A DNA stretch of 64,000 nucleotides from Octopus sinensis (Eukaryota), in contig NC_043002.1 in the NCBI RefSeq assembly GCF_006345805.1, positions 63,798,001 to 63,862,000 on the forward strand, read 5' to 3'. The notes beneath the pieces were generated by a model. The model was not told the origin of the DNA. It ran no database searches and was given only the letters and a program-made list of their open reading frames with translations. Numbering within the stretch: position 1 is the first letter of the stretch; every line of letters begins with the position of its first letter. This document shows, piece after piece, positions 11,790 through 26,034 of this stretch. A program made the position numbers and the translations under genes.

Positions 11790-13445
11790 TAGACAGAGAC
11801 ATTAATGTGTATGAAAACGACAAAGATGGGAAAAAATAGGAGGGGCACCAGCGCCCGCCGACCGATATCCCCTCGAAATCACTGTCCAATATAAATCAAT
11901 AGAAATCAAAATTATATTCACAAAAATTCAGAATTTACAATTACAAATTACAAACATATATTTTTCATACTTCCTCGTCTACCTCATCCGGGTCCCCCGA
12001 GTATGTTTTCTGCCACCTGCAGGGAAGCCTGCATCGGCAGGCCCGCACCGAGGAAAACAAATTCTTCTTCGTTACAGGTCTTCCTGATCTCAATCAGTTT
12101 TTTTCTGATTTATGACCTCCACACCCACCTGCGCAGGCCAACTTGGACAGTCTATACAGGTCGAGTCATATCGCTTTCGGACTAGTAGACTGTCCAAATA
12201 TAACTCAACAGACCCTCCCTTGAGATAGAAAATGACAACCTCTTCCTCACAGAGAGAGGTCACATCCAGCTCTGTCAGTGGCACAATTCCAACTAACGGA
12301 GCCTCTCACTCCGGTGGCACACTTCCCACTGGCGAAACATCGGGTTCGGTGGGCGGCACAGTGACATCCGCTGGCCGTCTACCGTTTCCCTTATTTTTTT
12401 TCTTCTTTCGGTTGCGCGAGTCGGGGCTTCCGCAACCTACACTTCTCCTGGTGAGCAACCACCGTTGGTCACCTTTCTCTTCCTTCTCGTTGAGGTCGAT
12501 ACCTCAACGACTTCCTCCGTTTCTACCTGCAATGGGAGAGAGTAGGGCACCTTCCACTTTTCCTGCTCTGGAGCCTTTCCACGGCCCCGGGGTCAGTCTT
12601 TCTTGACATGGCCTGACTCTCAGAACGAGTGATATTTAGGGGTGGGCGACCCTCCAGAGTTACTAGATACCTGGAGCCAGCCATCCTCAAAAAGTGGGGG
12701 AAGGTCATTTTGCTTGCGGTCACTGGGGTCCACAGGGTCAAAATTGCCTTTGCACCCTCCCAGTTGACGGCAGGCGTCACTCTTACATTTAAGAACCTGA
12801 GCCCGATATCCGCCAGGCCCCATCGGATGGTATCTTCAATCCAATCTGCCTCTATTCCCGGGGATTGCCCACATACCCAGGCTCTTATCACCTTCCCCTC
12901 GCAGGACGACGGGAGGAACAAAATTTCCTTTCCCTCCAAAGGCTGACTTTCAAAATTGCAAGCTTCCTCCGTGGTGTCAAACAGCAACTACACCGTTGCA
13001 TGCCTGACACCCCAGGATATATATTTTAAAGGGGACAAATAGTCTTTTATTTTTTTTTCAAAGGTTTGTTTTGGGAAGACGGTGATTGTATCAAGAACTT
13101 AAGAGTAATTTCTAACTACCACCGTCCTCTCCTCCATATGTTTAACCACTACTTCGGTGGGACATTCTCCCACTCAACAATATTATGCGTATTTTTTTTT
13201 GCCATGCCCAAAGCAATAGTTCACAAAAAAGGAAAGAAATAATTCAAAAGAATACACGAGGGAAGGAGAAATAAATAAAAAGCAAACAGTTCAATAAAAA
13301 GTCCCAATAGAAGAAGAAAACAATAGTTCAAAAAGAGAAGAAAACACAGCAAAAGATCTTCTAGGCATTCATGTACTCCAAGCCTTTATGGTACTCCAAT
13401 TAGAACCTGGACTGCTCCACTTGAATACAGCTTTCCAATTCTAGT
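11790..13445 (-). mobile_element. Tx1/L1-like ORF1-only element (HAL1-like), degenerate
   Basis: Disrupted ORF from about 13205 (MAKK...) containing ERTVVVRNY, LVTLEGRPP and a decayed knuckle SGHVKKD*P, ending DPDEVDEEV* at 11965. A short 3' UTR with a GAGGGG/CCCCTC stem follows. No EN or RT sequence is seen. Confidence 0.55.
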
Positions 13446-14307
13446 CGTAAAATACGCATATTCGGTTGCAAGATAGTCACCAAATTATATTTCTCGCAAT
13501 GAGAAAAAAATGTCACTTCATGTGAACACTTGAAATATGTGTATCAATAGATGAGAAAGTAATGGCTTTTATATAATACATCTGCTTTTGTTTTTCACAG
13601 TCCTACTGACATATAGAAAACGTATTAACATATCACCGCTGTAGTAATCCTTCATTATAATTTCTTTTTAGCATCTACATGGTTCAGTTTATTTTGCTTA
13701 CAATTCTAAGCATTTGACATTTAAAATTCTGTTCAATGTTTTCTTAATAATCTTGATTTGCAAACGATTGAAGCGTTATTTGTGTAACGCACATTAATAA
13801 AAGTTGTGATCATTAGAACTCAAAACAATGTTTTATGTACCTCGGGCATATTTGCAAATTGTTTTATTGTCTGCATTGAATTAGTTCGAAGAATGTTATT
13901 ATTTAAAATAATATGCTTTATAATCGACATTTGCGTTCTGAAATATCAAAGGAAGACGAACGAACCTTATGTGTTCCATCTGGTTATTATATAAAATATT
14001 TCCTAGTATAATATTTAGAGAAACTGATAAATTTACATTCTACCCCCTCCACACACACACGCACAATTGCAAATATATTATATTCTTTATTCTTATATTA
14101 TTTCAATTATTTTAGCCATTCAATTGCGGTCTTCAGTTGAACAAATGGACCCACGGACTTATTCATTGTAAACCAAGTACTTATTCTATCGAGCTGCTTT
14201 GCCGCACAGCGATGTCACCTGGTTGAGAGTATTTTCCCATAATATCACATTTTCTTCACAAATATGTAATGAAACACTTAACACTGGAATCATAAACTAC
14301 TTTACAC

Positions 14308-15990
14308 TTTTACTAACATCAACTTTCATCACTCCACTCTTACCACCTCCATTCACTACAAACACACAGACTCACATTCATACCTAAACTTCTCTTCCTC
14401 CCACCCCAAAACACACCAAGCTTTCCATCCCCTATTCCCAATACCTCCGTCTACGTAGGCTCTGTAGTGACGACCATGACTTTGAGACTCAGTCTCAACT
14501 CATGGCTCGCCACTTCATCCTACGTGGATACCCCTTCACTACTATCCACACCGCCCTTGCCAGAGAACGTTCCGTAGACCGTGCATCTGCTCTCTCTCTC
14601 CCCGAACCCGCCCTGCAGTCTCCCGCCTCTCTTTTCCCCTCACTCACCACCCCACCACCCTACCTCTCCAACGCACCATTCTTCGAGCTTTCCGGCATCT
14701 CCAGTCCGACCCGTCCACTTCACACCTCTTCCCTAACCGACCCCTCCCCTCCTTCACACGAGCCCATAACCTACGAGACCTATTGGTCAACAGCTTCTTC
14801 TCTGACCCTACCTCTCAACCTGGCTCGTTCCCCTGCTCCCACCCACGTTGACGCACTTGTCCTTACTTCTCCAACACCACCCTCCTCACTGGCACCCATC
14901 ATCGACCCTATCGCATCATCGACTCCTTCACCTGCACCTCCAGCAATATCATCTATTGCATCTCCTGCTCTCTCTGCCATTCCCTGTACATCGGAAAAAC
15001 GGGACGCCGCTTGGCTGACCGGTTCGCGGAACACCTCCGAGAAATCCGCCTTGCCGATGACACACCGGTCTCACGCCATTTCCTCTCCAGCGCTCACTCC
15101 TTGCAACACCTGTCTGTGTTCGGATTGTCCTTGCACAGAGGGCATCCGGATTCCCGCTTGCGCAGTGAACAGGGATTAATCATCTCTCTTCGCTCTTTTA
15201 CGTCATTTGGTCTCAACTCTCCCCCCCTTTTCATCTAACCTCCCCCCGACTCCTACTTCTCTTCAGTCCTTCATCTTTTCACCCCTACTCGCTTTCCTTC
15301 CTCTTCCCTTTCCCACTCTTCTTCTTCTTTCTTCTTCCCTCTTCCCCTTCTCTCTTTCTCTCTGCTCCCTCACTCCCTTTCTCTCCCCCTCCCCTCCTCC
15401 TCTCCTTCATTCTCCTCTCCCTCCTCTTCTCTCTTCTCTCCCCTTCTCACTCTCTCTTCTCTCCCCACAACCCCCACTCTACCCCAACCCCCAGCCGAAC
15501 CCACACCCCACATGGGCTTTCTCCACTCTTGCCCCACCATCTCCCCACATCACACCACACTATACTACACCATACGACATTTCACATCACATCACACATA
15601 CATACACACGTCCAGACCACCAGCCCTCTTTCACACGCACATACACACTCTCTTATACACACACGCACCTTCATGTTGGGGCGAGGTCACTTGACCCTGT
15701 TATCTCCCCTACTATCCCTCTAGCGTCTAACGTCTGACCTCTGACGTCTGACCTTTGATCTCTGACTTCTGCCTGAAATCAGAACGCCATGTTGGACAGT
15801 TAGCTCCTACACGCATTTTTCTCTCCTTGTTCTCTCCTTGTTTCTTTTCTGTGTATCTTTCTGTCGAAGAGCGTAGGCTCGAAACGTAAAAGACTTGTTT
15901 TATTTCTATTCCTGAGCGCCATACTAATACAATTGTTTGTTTGTACTCCACCTGCCTTCGTCTTTTGTTTATTTTCGTAAACCTTCCCGT

Positions 15991-15991
<1 letters not shown>
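14308..15991 (+). mobile_element. 5'-truncated Penelope-like element (RT C-terminus, GIY-YIG endonuclease, 3' UTR/pLTR)
   Basis: TSIHYKHTDSHSYLNFSSSHP...YSQYLRLRRLCS (PLE RT thumb) and NIIYCISCSLCHSLYIGKTGRRLADRFAEH (GIY-YIG). Frameshifted, with stop at 15238. Ends ccttcccgtt followed by (TA)n. Confidence 0.9.
15856..15893 (+). ncRNA. Minimal type I hammerhead, non-canonical core (CUGUCGAA), in the PLE pLTR
   Basis: UCUUU-CUGUCGAA-GAGC-GUAG-GCUC-GAAAC-GUA-AAAGA, giving a 5-bp stem I, a 4-bp stem II and an ACGU palindrome. Confidence 0.65.
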
Positions 15992-16052
<61 letters not shown>

Positions 16053-16074
16053 ATTATATATTATATATATATAT

Positions 16075-16111
<37 letters not shown>

Positions 16112-16206
16112 TATCAGGGGTAATAAAGATTTTAGAAATTTTTACTACCAGTGGCCTAGCGTATAGAAAAATGAGTCAATAAACTATACATTATTCATAT
16201 AAAATA

Positions 16207-16966
16207 CAGTGTACATTTAAACTCAATAAGAGGTATCCGTCATAGGACTCCCTTACGCTAGAAGGAACATCAAAAGTCCAATCTCGAAGGGAATGAAGAA
16301 TAAAAACATTTATCGGTTTCAAACATTTTTTTAGCAAATATAATTATTTGCTAGGCGAAGTCTTATTTACGTCAATATTTACGATAAGATTAAATATATA
16401 ATTACCAGGCAAATCCAGCATGTGCCTCTTATTTTATATTCGGAGACCCCCTTCGGTCACGACACAGACCATGGGATTGCACCTAGAAAGTTACCCTCCT
16501 AGACACAAATCCGGGCGAGGTTGTTTATGGAAGACCAGCAGTCGCCCATGCATACCAGCCTCCCCTCTCCACGCCACCAGTGTTTTCCAAGGGAAAGGCA
16601 AAGGGGCCGATACAGCTTGGCACATGTGACGTCGCAACTCATTTCTACAGCTGAGTGAACTGGAGCAACGTGAAATAAAATGCCTTGCTCAAGGACACAA
16701 CACGCAGCCCGGTCCGGGATTCGAGCTCACAACCTCACGACACGATCGTAAGCTCGACGCTCTAACCACTGAGCCATGTGCCTTCATTATATAGTTTTTC
16801 AAATCCACCTCGCAAGCGCACTTCTTGTCGGTAGCAAATGAAAGCCGGCAGTTTCTTCGAAATCATTGTATACAATTAATATTATCACGTTTGGACTTTA
16901 GGTGTTCCTTCTAGCGTAAGGGAGTTCTTATGATGGATATCTCTTAAAGTGTTTAAATGTACATTG
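16207..16966. mobile_element. Tc1/mariner-type MITE with about 80-bp imperfect TIRs and TA target duplication
   Basis: TA|CAGTGTACATTTAAAC...CCCTTACGCTAGAAGGAAC is inverted relative to GTTCCTTCTAGCGTAAGGG...GTTTAAATGTACATTG|TA. No ORF. A SINE is nested inside. Confidence 0.75.
16445..16786 (-). mobile_element. tRNA-derived SINE, family C
   Basis: Minus strand has A box TGGCTCAGTGG and B box GAGCTCGAATCC, then a ccttgagcaagg central domain. Confidence 0.8.
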
Positions 16967-16988
16967 TATTTTACAGGAAAAATGAAAA

Positions 16989-17752
<764 letters not shown>

Positions 17753-19375
17753 CGACGGGTTTCCTTTAGTATCTGTCTACCAAAATCAATGACAAAGCTT
17801 TGGTCGGCCTGAGGCTATAATAGGAGTCAACTGTAGTATTTTCCGTAATATCTCACTTTCTTCCTAGATATATAATCAAAAAGATAACACTACAAACATA
17901 ACCTACTTTACTGTTTTATAAGCAATCACTATAATAATATTTCAAACGTCCGTTTGATCTTTATGTTAGCATTAATATAATTTCATGATGTAAAATTGTT
18001 GTATGTATCCTAAAATTTATTTTAATATATTTTCAATTGTTCTATCCATAGATTTGGTTTCATATGTTGCCACAAAACTCATAAAAATATTAAAATTTTC
18101 ACCAAGTTATGTCTGAAAATAAAACAGAAAGCAGTCCTGGATGGAAGGCAGAATCTAAGAACACCTTTTAATAAGTATTAAAAAAATACTACTAAAACGT
18201 AAATTGATTCATTAATTTGTTTTATTAACCCACAGTCTGAAATTCATATCCGAGGATAACGGGTAGACACAGAGAAAATCTCCATGTCAGTTAGTATTAT
18301 TCTCATGACAGCGATTGGTTTGTGGGGTGACATTATTAAATGCTGGAATACGTAAACTGTAAGTTTATAAATTGCAAATATTTTTTCAATCAATCTATGT
18401 TTTAAATATGTTGATTTGTGCTTCTCGCAAAAATCTATTGAGCAGAAATGAGTAGTAATGATCAGCTTGTTAACAATTGAGTGATTGATATTTTATTGGC
18501 AACATTGTAGCACGGAGATTCTTCAGTTGGGCATGAATACCTACGATTCATTATATTCGTTGTGGGACGTACTGCTAGAAATAAGATTTGATGACCATCA
18601 AACCACGAAATGTCGCACCGGAGCTGTAAAGAATGTAGTGTAGGACTTGATATGTTTGAATAAATGTGTGTATAAACGAGAAAGACAAGGTTTCAACGCT
18701 GTTAAACCAGTGTCCACTGGATTATAAAAGAGTGTGCTAGATCAATATGAACACAAAATGTTTAGCGATATTTATCTTCATTGAAAATCATTGGAAGCAA
18801 AAAAAAATATGGAAATTATTCAATACGTCGTATATCATTAATTCCAGTTATATGTTTGTCAATTTAATATCCTCCTTTCCTAAGACAATAGTTTGATAGC
18901 GTAGCACTAATACAGGTAAATAGGGTTTTACGTAAGCGTCGTAAAGGAAAATAATTGACAAGTAGATAGACATGTGCAAATGATCAGTTATAAAAAAGAA
19001 TTATCTAGCTTAGAGGAAAATGCATTAATGACAAATGGAGAATAAATTTAACTACATGGGAACCGACTCAACTATACAATCATGCGAGGTGTTAGCAAAT
19101 ATGCAATGAAAAACATATTACTGAAAATTCACGATACAAAAACAAATCCATGCCAAACATGCGTATTTGTTAAATGCTTACAGATATTCATTCAAAGCAG
19201 CAAGAGCTGTTGAAACGAAAGAAAGAGAAAGATTGAAAGAAGATTATTATGGCGCATATTCATATACATAGATATGTATGTGTTTATATAGTCCTGCCCG
19301 TTTACACATACACATATACGGCCACAAATACACACACATGTATATAGATATAGACTTTTATACATATATATATAT

Positions 19376-19510
19376 TCTATGTTCCTTTCTGTTGAAGAGC
19401 GTAGGCTCAAAACGTTAAAGACATTTTCACTTCTCGCGCGTTAATCTAATACATCTGTTTGTTGTCTACACCACTTGTCTCCGTCTTTTGTTTTTTTCTG
19501 AATTCTCCTA
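19376..19510 (+). mobile_element. PLE pLTR remnant
   Basis: cctttCTGTTGAAgagcgtaggctcAAAACGTTaaagac, an HHR with a G12A change, running into a microsatellite. Confidence 0.75.
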
Positions 19511-19604
19511 ATACATATGTGTGTGTGTGTGTGTGTGAGTGTGTGTGTGTGTGTGTGTTTGTGTGTGTATCTATATATATGTGTGTGTGTGTGCATAGTT
19601 CAAA

Positions 19605-19750
19605 TTTACAGAAAACTCAACGACAAAGAAAGATGAGAGAACAAGCTAGTGTATTTGTTCGAGACTCGGGAAGAAGAGAAAAGTGTTTGACGCTTCGAAC
19701 TTACGCTTTTCGATAGAAAGGGCTGAGCGGAAGAAAAAATAGAGAGAATG
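19605..19750 (-). mobile_element. Degenerate PLE pLTR remnant, tail-to-tail with the previous one
   Basis: Reverse complement reads ccctttCTATCGAAaagcgtaagttcgaagcgtc. Confidence 0.5.
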
Positions 19751-19908
19751 AAAAAATCAAAAGCGAAAGAGAAATAGATGCGTAGCGATTAATGGTTCAA
19801 CATGATGAAAAATTGATAGAGAGATAAATATATATATGATGGCCGTCCACTCGTGACCGAGGAAGACCATTGCCGACTTTCAGGAACATTGTGCGCTCTA
19901 GGACTAAC

Positions 19909-22065
19909 TTATATTTTAAATTTGCGGCTCCGTTGGTGGTTAATGAGCCCTGCTCTTGACAAACATACACGACTACAAACGTTGCAGACCAAGCTTTCCC
20001 CATTCACTATACGAGCCGTGCGCATTCGCGCAGCTCGCTTAAGTTCTTCATGCTGGATACGTACTCTCTCAAAAGTGTCGATCCCCTCCTTAACCTGCTT
20101 CCTCCATCTGTGGTGATGACAGGCCTTGTTCTCCCAGTCAGTGTCCTGCATATCAAAGGCCTTTAACGAGGACTTGACACAATCCTTAAATCGCAGCCTT
20201 GGTTTCTGCCGGAGTCTCCTTCCATTCACAAGTTCTCCATAGAACATCTGCTTAGGAATCCTTCTATCCTCTATTCTAATAAGGTGTCCAGTCCAACGCA
20301 ACCGGTGCTTTTGTACCATCGCCTCAATACTCAAGATATCAGCTGTCCTCAGGATCTGTGTGTCTGGAATTTTTGAGGTCCAGCCAACATTGAGAATGTG
20401 TCTGAGACATCTCTGATGAAAACGTTCAAGGATCCTTACCTGACGTTTGTACAGAGTCCATGTCTCACATGAGTTGAGAAGCGATGTCAGTACACAAGCA
20501 CGGTACACAGCAACTTTTGTTCTCCTTGCGATGCCATGTTGGGAGCAGACACGAGATTGAAGAGACCGGAAGGAATTAGTTGCTCTCTGCAACCTGAAAG
20601 ATATTTCCTCATCCAGGGAGCAAGAACGGCTGGGTGTGCTGCCCAGGTAGACAAACTTGTCTACTACCTTCAGAATTGTTCCTTCAACCAAGATAGCTGG
20701 TTCTATATATGGATTTCCTGATTCGGGCTGGAACATTACAACAGTCTTGTCCAGGCTAATGCTGAGTCCAAATGCCCTGCAAGAAGCAGAAATGCAATTC
20801 ATGAATATGTGCATGTCATCCACTGTATGAGTGACTAAGTCACAGTCATCTGCATAAAGGAGGTCACGAATAATAGACTGGGACACCTTTGAATTGGCAG
20901 CAAATCGGCGAAGATTAAAGAGGCGGGCAGTAGATCGATATCTGACATATATTCCCAGAGAGTTAACCTCAGCAAAAGCATGAGTAAAAACAGCAGCAAA
21001 GTGCAAAGAAAAGAGAGTCGGGGCAAGGATGTCACCCTGCTTGACACCATTCTCTACAGGAATGTGTCCCGCCATGGCGCCACCAACATTGACCCAAACC
21101 TCCATCCCATCATTAAATGATTTAATTATAGATACAAAGTGATCCGGACATCCAAGTTTGCCAAGTATTTTCCATAGAAAGGCCCAATTTACAGTATCAA
21201 AGGCCTTAGTCAAATCAATGAATACCTGGTCAAGTTCCATATTCTGCTCATAGCACTTCTCCAGCATCTGTCTTGCTGTGAAAATCATATCCATTGTCCC
21301 TCTACCAGATCGAAAGCCACATTGAGATTCAGATAGGACATCATTTACGAGACACCCATTCAGACGGGTAAGAAGAATATTTGCCAGAACCTTGCCAGCA
21401 GCTGATAGTAGAGCGATACCTCTGTAGTTACCACACATTGTTCTGGCTCCTTTTCCTTTATATAGAGGAAGAAAATTTGCATCCTTCCAGTCCTTAGGGA
21501 TTGCAACATCCCTCCAGACTGCACTAATAAGTTCATGAAGGCACTGTGTGATGCAATTACCACCAAATCGCAAAACCTCAGCACAAATTCCATCCTTTCC
21601 AGGTGCCCTACCAAGATTCAATTTACTTATTGATGTCATTACTTCATGTATTGATGGCGAGGTGTCTAAGGAGTCAATGATAGGTATTTGTTTCATAGTA
21701 TCAATCACTGTTTCATCCACAACTGACTGATGGTTTAGGAATTCAGAGAAGTGTTCGATCCAGCGACCTGTGATTTCTGTTGATTTAGTAAACAGAGTGG
21801 AAGACTCCTTGGAAAGCAAAGGAGCTGATGTGGAGCTCTTAGGTCCATAAGCTCGCTTCATAAGATGGTAAAGCTTCTTGCTGTAATTTGCATCAGCAGC
21901 AGCCTGAACATCACGGGCAAGATTCTCCCACCAAGTGTTCTGCATCTTCCTGAGAGATCGCTCCAGTAGTGATTTTACACTGTTATAGTGGGCAAGTGCT
22001 AGACTTCGCTGCACAGAAGACAGTTCTCTGTGCAGCAACACACTGTGGGCATGGCGCTTCACCAC
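19909..22065 (-). pseudogene. RTE ORF, RT domain plus C-terminal zinc finger (frameshifted from the EN part)
   Basis: NYRGIALLS, SQCGFRSGRGT, FIDLTKAFD, GVKQGDILAP, YADD and CNVCSRVC...H. The upstream in-frame DWFDENDAEI motif is typical of RTE. Confidence 0.93.
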
Positions 22066-22096
22066 TAAAAGTCGTTGAATTTCAGCATCATTCTCA

Positions 22097-23176
22097 TCAA
22101 ACCAGTCTCTGTGTCTGGCAGTAACATACCCCAGTGATTCGGCTGCACATTGAACAACCTGGTAGACGGCGAGGAATGCTGACTGGTCTTCTTCTCTCTT
22201 TCGCCCTAATCACCATTCGGAACTTTGCTCGCACCAGACTCTGGTCTGTCCAGCATTCTGATCCATGCAAGGACTTGACATTACAAATGTCATAAATGTC
22301 GCGCTTGCGGATGATGACGTAATCCAGCAAGTGCCAAACTTTGGACCTTGGATGCATCCATGTTGTTGTGTGATAACCTTTGTGCAGAAAATGAGTACAT
22401 GCAATGTAAAGACCATGTTCTTCGCAAAGCTCCAGTAGCATGAGACCATTGCTATTCATTTTCCCTACTCCAAAACGTCCTAGAGGGTTCCATGTTTGCC
22501 AGTCTGTTCCTACTCTGGCATTAAAATCCCCCAGTAGAATGACTTTATCAGAATTGGGGATTTTTCTATGTATGGCTCTCAGATGGGTATACAAGATTAT
22601 TTTATCTTCATCACAGCTAGTCAAAGTAGGTGCATAGGCACTTATTAGAGTAGCAAACCGCTTACCTTTCAAGTGCAACCCTAGAGTCATTATACGTTCA
22701 TTTATAGGAACAGGGAGTTGTTCCAACTTCTTCAGGATATCAGATCGGACTGCAAAACCAACACCAGCCTCTCTGCGCTCCTCCTTCTGCCTTCCTTTCC
22801 AAAAAAAGGTGTATCCGCCTCCTACTTCCTCAAGCTGACAATCACCTTCTATACGAGTCTCTGAGAGTGCAGCTATATCAATTTTATAACGGTTCAGGTC
22901 ACGAGCAACAAGTGCAGTGCGTCTTTCAGGCCTGCAATCACTCTTGTTGTCCAACAGAGTACGCACATTCCAACATGAAATATTTAAGTTCCGTCCAGAT
23001 TTTATAGATAAAGGACTCTTTGTTTTTCGAGCGCAGGGTGGACATCCGTCAGTTGCGCTAAACTGACCAGATATGGAAAGACAGGCAATTTTTGGTTCAC
23101 CTTTTCTAGAACCTCCCCGGTCTCCAGGTGAGCAGTGCCCTCTCCAAATGGAGCTGCTCAGACACCCATGCAGCAA
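22097..23176 (-). pseudogene. RTE APE endonuclease part
   Basis: ISCWNVRTL, IAALSETR, AYAPT, LLGDFNARVG and LLDYVI. Goes out of frame after RRPVSIPRRL, where linker sequence appears deleted. Confidence 0.92.
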
Positions 23177-23729
23177 CCGAATCCTACCGCTGTCTTGGGC
23201 GACAAGGAGACGACTTTATATCTAGCATGGGCCGCCTACGTGCAGGTCGCTGACTACACGCTTCCAACCCGTCAGGTTTGCAGGCTTCACCACCTTCCCA
23301 TCGCCGCAGGACTTCAGAATAAGAAAAAAGCAAACTAAAAATAAAGAAAATATATACTAAAATTAAGATAGATATATATAGAGAAAAAAAAAGGTCGGCA
23401 ATGTCTGTGCAGAGTTTTAGGTCCAATAAGGCTTGCACAACACCTCATAGACACTCTCCACTCTATTGACATTATCCAGAGACAAGCCGGAGCAAGATGT
23501 CTGGTGCCAATATGAGTCGCAGGCTCAGGGATGTGGGAGAGCCGTGATCTCTAGCACAAACCAAAGATCCCCAAAATGTTCAATGCCATTCTCTGCATAT
23601 CTGGTTTTATATCAGAGTGACCTTCTCCTAGAGACATGCTTTAACAAAAGATGAGGGGCGCCTCACTCCCAGTGGTCTATCTGCACGTCGGACACCACCC
23701 CGGAATGTCTACGTACCCGTGCTATATAT

Positions 23730-23771
<42 letters not shown>

Positions 23772-23790
23772 ATATTATATATATATATAT

Positions 23791-23832
<42 letters not shown>

Positions 23833-24496
23833 GGATGGATGGATGGATAGATGCATAGATACATAGATATTCATGTGACGATGTGAGCGCAAATGATTGT
23901 ATACAAATGTGTGTGAGAGCGCGTACGTGTGCACGTGTTTGCGTGCGTGTTTTTGCACGACTTCGTGTTCATAGCAATATTTAAGTAAGCAACGGTTATT
24001 TATTTAGACATGCAAGCAATATCACTGGCTCACAGAGTTCTTCCGATTCAACCGGAAACATTTAAGCTTTTCTCTGATAACTTATATGATGCAGACCTAT
24101 ATAGATCCAGTGGCGGCAATGTCAAAGAGCGCCTAAATACTTCCAAGGACACATGTCATGTCTTTCCGATTAAAGCAAACAGAAGCACTTAGTGTGTTTA
24201 CCATGACAGATTCAACTTAAGTACATGATGCATTAGAGAAAAGGTAGATACCAAACAGATATTAAATAAAATAAATTCATACATATGTGTATGTTCGCGC
24301 GTGCGCGTTATTATGTAGCCAGTATATGTATATATAAAAGCATTTATGTATATATATCTATATACATACATGCATATATATATACATATATATACACACA
24401 CACAAAGGTATACATACATACACTTATATATGTGTGTATATGTATGTGTGTATATGTATATATATATTTATATATATAATATATATATATACATTC

Positions 24497-24542
<46 letters not shown>

Positions 24543-24864
24543 TATATCACATGAATGCATACATTCATATGTATATATATATCATAGATGGTGGTGGAGA
24601 TAGCGTAGAGGTAAATCTGAGACAGCAAATTAGAAAGAATTTAATGAAATGATTTAATAATTATATAAAGGAAAAATAAAATTTCAATATTTTTTGTATA
24701 GATTTCGAAGTGCTAGAAACAAAGCATTGAGGCTCAACAACATATATAAATAAAGAAAGTCAATTTATTAACAAGTATAAACCACAATTGAATATAGAGC
24801 TAACCATCACCAACCAATGAATAAGAACGGATGCTTAAAACAATTTTATACATACTATCTTTTC

Positions 24865-24903
<39 letters not shown>

Positions 24904-25523
24904 TGCACAAACACAGAAACACACGCACACGCCAGCACACACCTACACTCACACATACAAAAGAAAACATCACACCCCCGCGTTCACACACACAAACACA
25001 CACGCCTAAAAAAGGGAAATTCTATGTTTTCTTTAATAAGACGTTCATCACAACATACACACTCAACAAACAGCTGGTCACATTCCAAATATATTAAAAG
25101 TACCTTCAGCACAATACAATAACACACACACAGACACACACATACACACGCACACACATCACACACTTACACACACGCGCACGCACATCTGGACATAAAA
25201 CCCATTCCATAAATGATATTAAGCCACTCCCTTGGCAGAAAACCATAGAGATTTTTTAGACAATAGATAACTTCCCCTCCTCTCTTTCTCTCTAGCACCT
25301 TGAACACTATATAAAATGTTTGATTACATTTCATAACATGAGATTCATCATCGAAATTGGTAATGTTCTATATTTTCTTTATATAATTTAGAAAAAAATT
25401 TATGAAATTGTATGTAAAGAGACTGAAAATACTTCGATTATATCTACGCTCATTCCACCTCCATCCTTTGTATATAACAATTTGAAAGTATAGATTTCTA
25501 TTTTTTATCTATCTATCTATCTA

Positions 25524-25571
<48 letters not shown>

Positions 25572-25588
25572 GTGTGTGTGTGTGTGTG

Positions 25589-25634
<46 letters not shown>

Positions 25635-25734
25635 TTGTGTGTGTGTATGTATGTGCATATGTAATATATATATATATACATATATTATGTATGTATGCAT
25701 GTATGTATATAATAATAATAAAATCGTTTATTCT

Positions 25735-25985
25735 TTTATCCCATTACTTACTTCAGAAATTGCTATGGCCATGCTGTAGCACCGCCTTTAGTCGAGCAAA
25801 TTGACCCCAGGACTTATTATTTGTAATCCTAGTGCTTATTCTATCGGTGTCTCTTGCAGAACCGTTTAGTTAAGGGAACGAAAACGCACCAACATCAGTT
25901 GTGAAGCGACTTTAGAGGAACAAAGACGGATACGCAAACATACGCGCACACACACACACTTGCACTAGCACACACACGCACATAT

Positions 25986-26034
<49 letters not shown>

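Larger units (their letters stand above)
19838..23722 (-). mobile_element. Near full-length RTE-clade LINE
   Basis: APE and RT ORFs, a GC-richer putative 5' UTR up to 23722, and a short 3' UTR ending ggccatcat. TA repeats lie at both ends. Confidence 0.9.

Noticed and set aside
14502-15179. 225-aa ORF as a host gene
   Set aside because: It begins in the PLE frame and then shifts out of frame. It is part of the PLE pseudogene.
16700-16786. Functional tRNA gene
   Set aside because: It is a SINE head with an insertion in the anticodon region, no acceptor stem, and continues into SINE body.
18235-18357. Plus-strand exon with good splice signals (cacag ... gtaagt)
   Set aside because: There are stops in all three frames and no other support.
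23620-23722. HDV-like ribozyme at the RTE 5' end
   Set aside because: Only partial P1/P2-like pairings could be drawn. The nested double pseudoknot could not be completed by eye.
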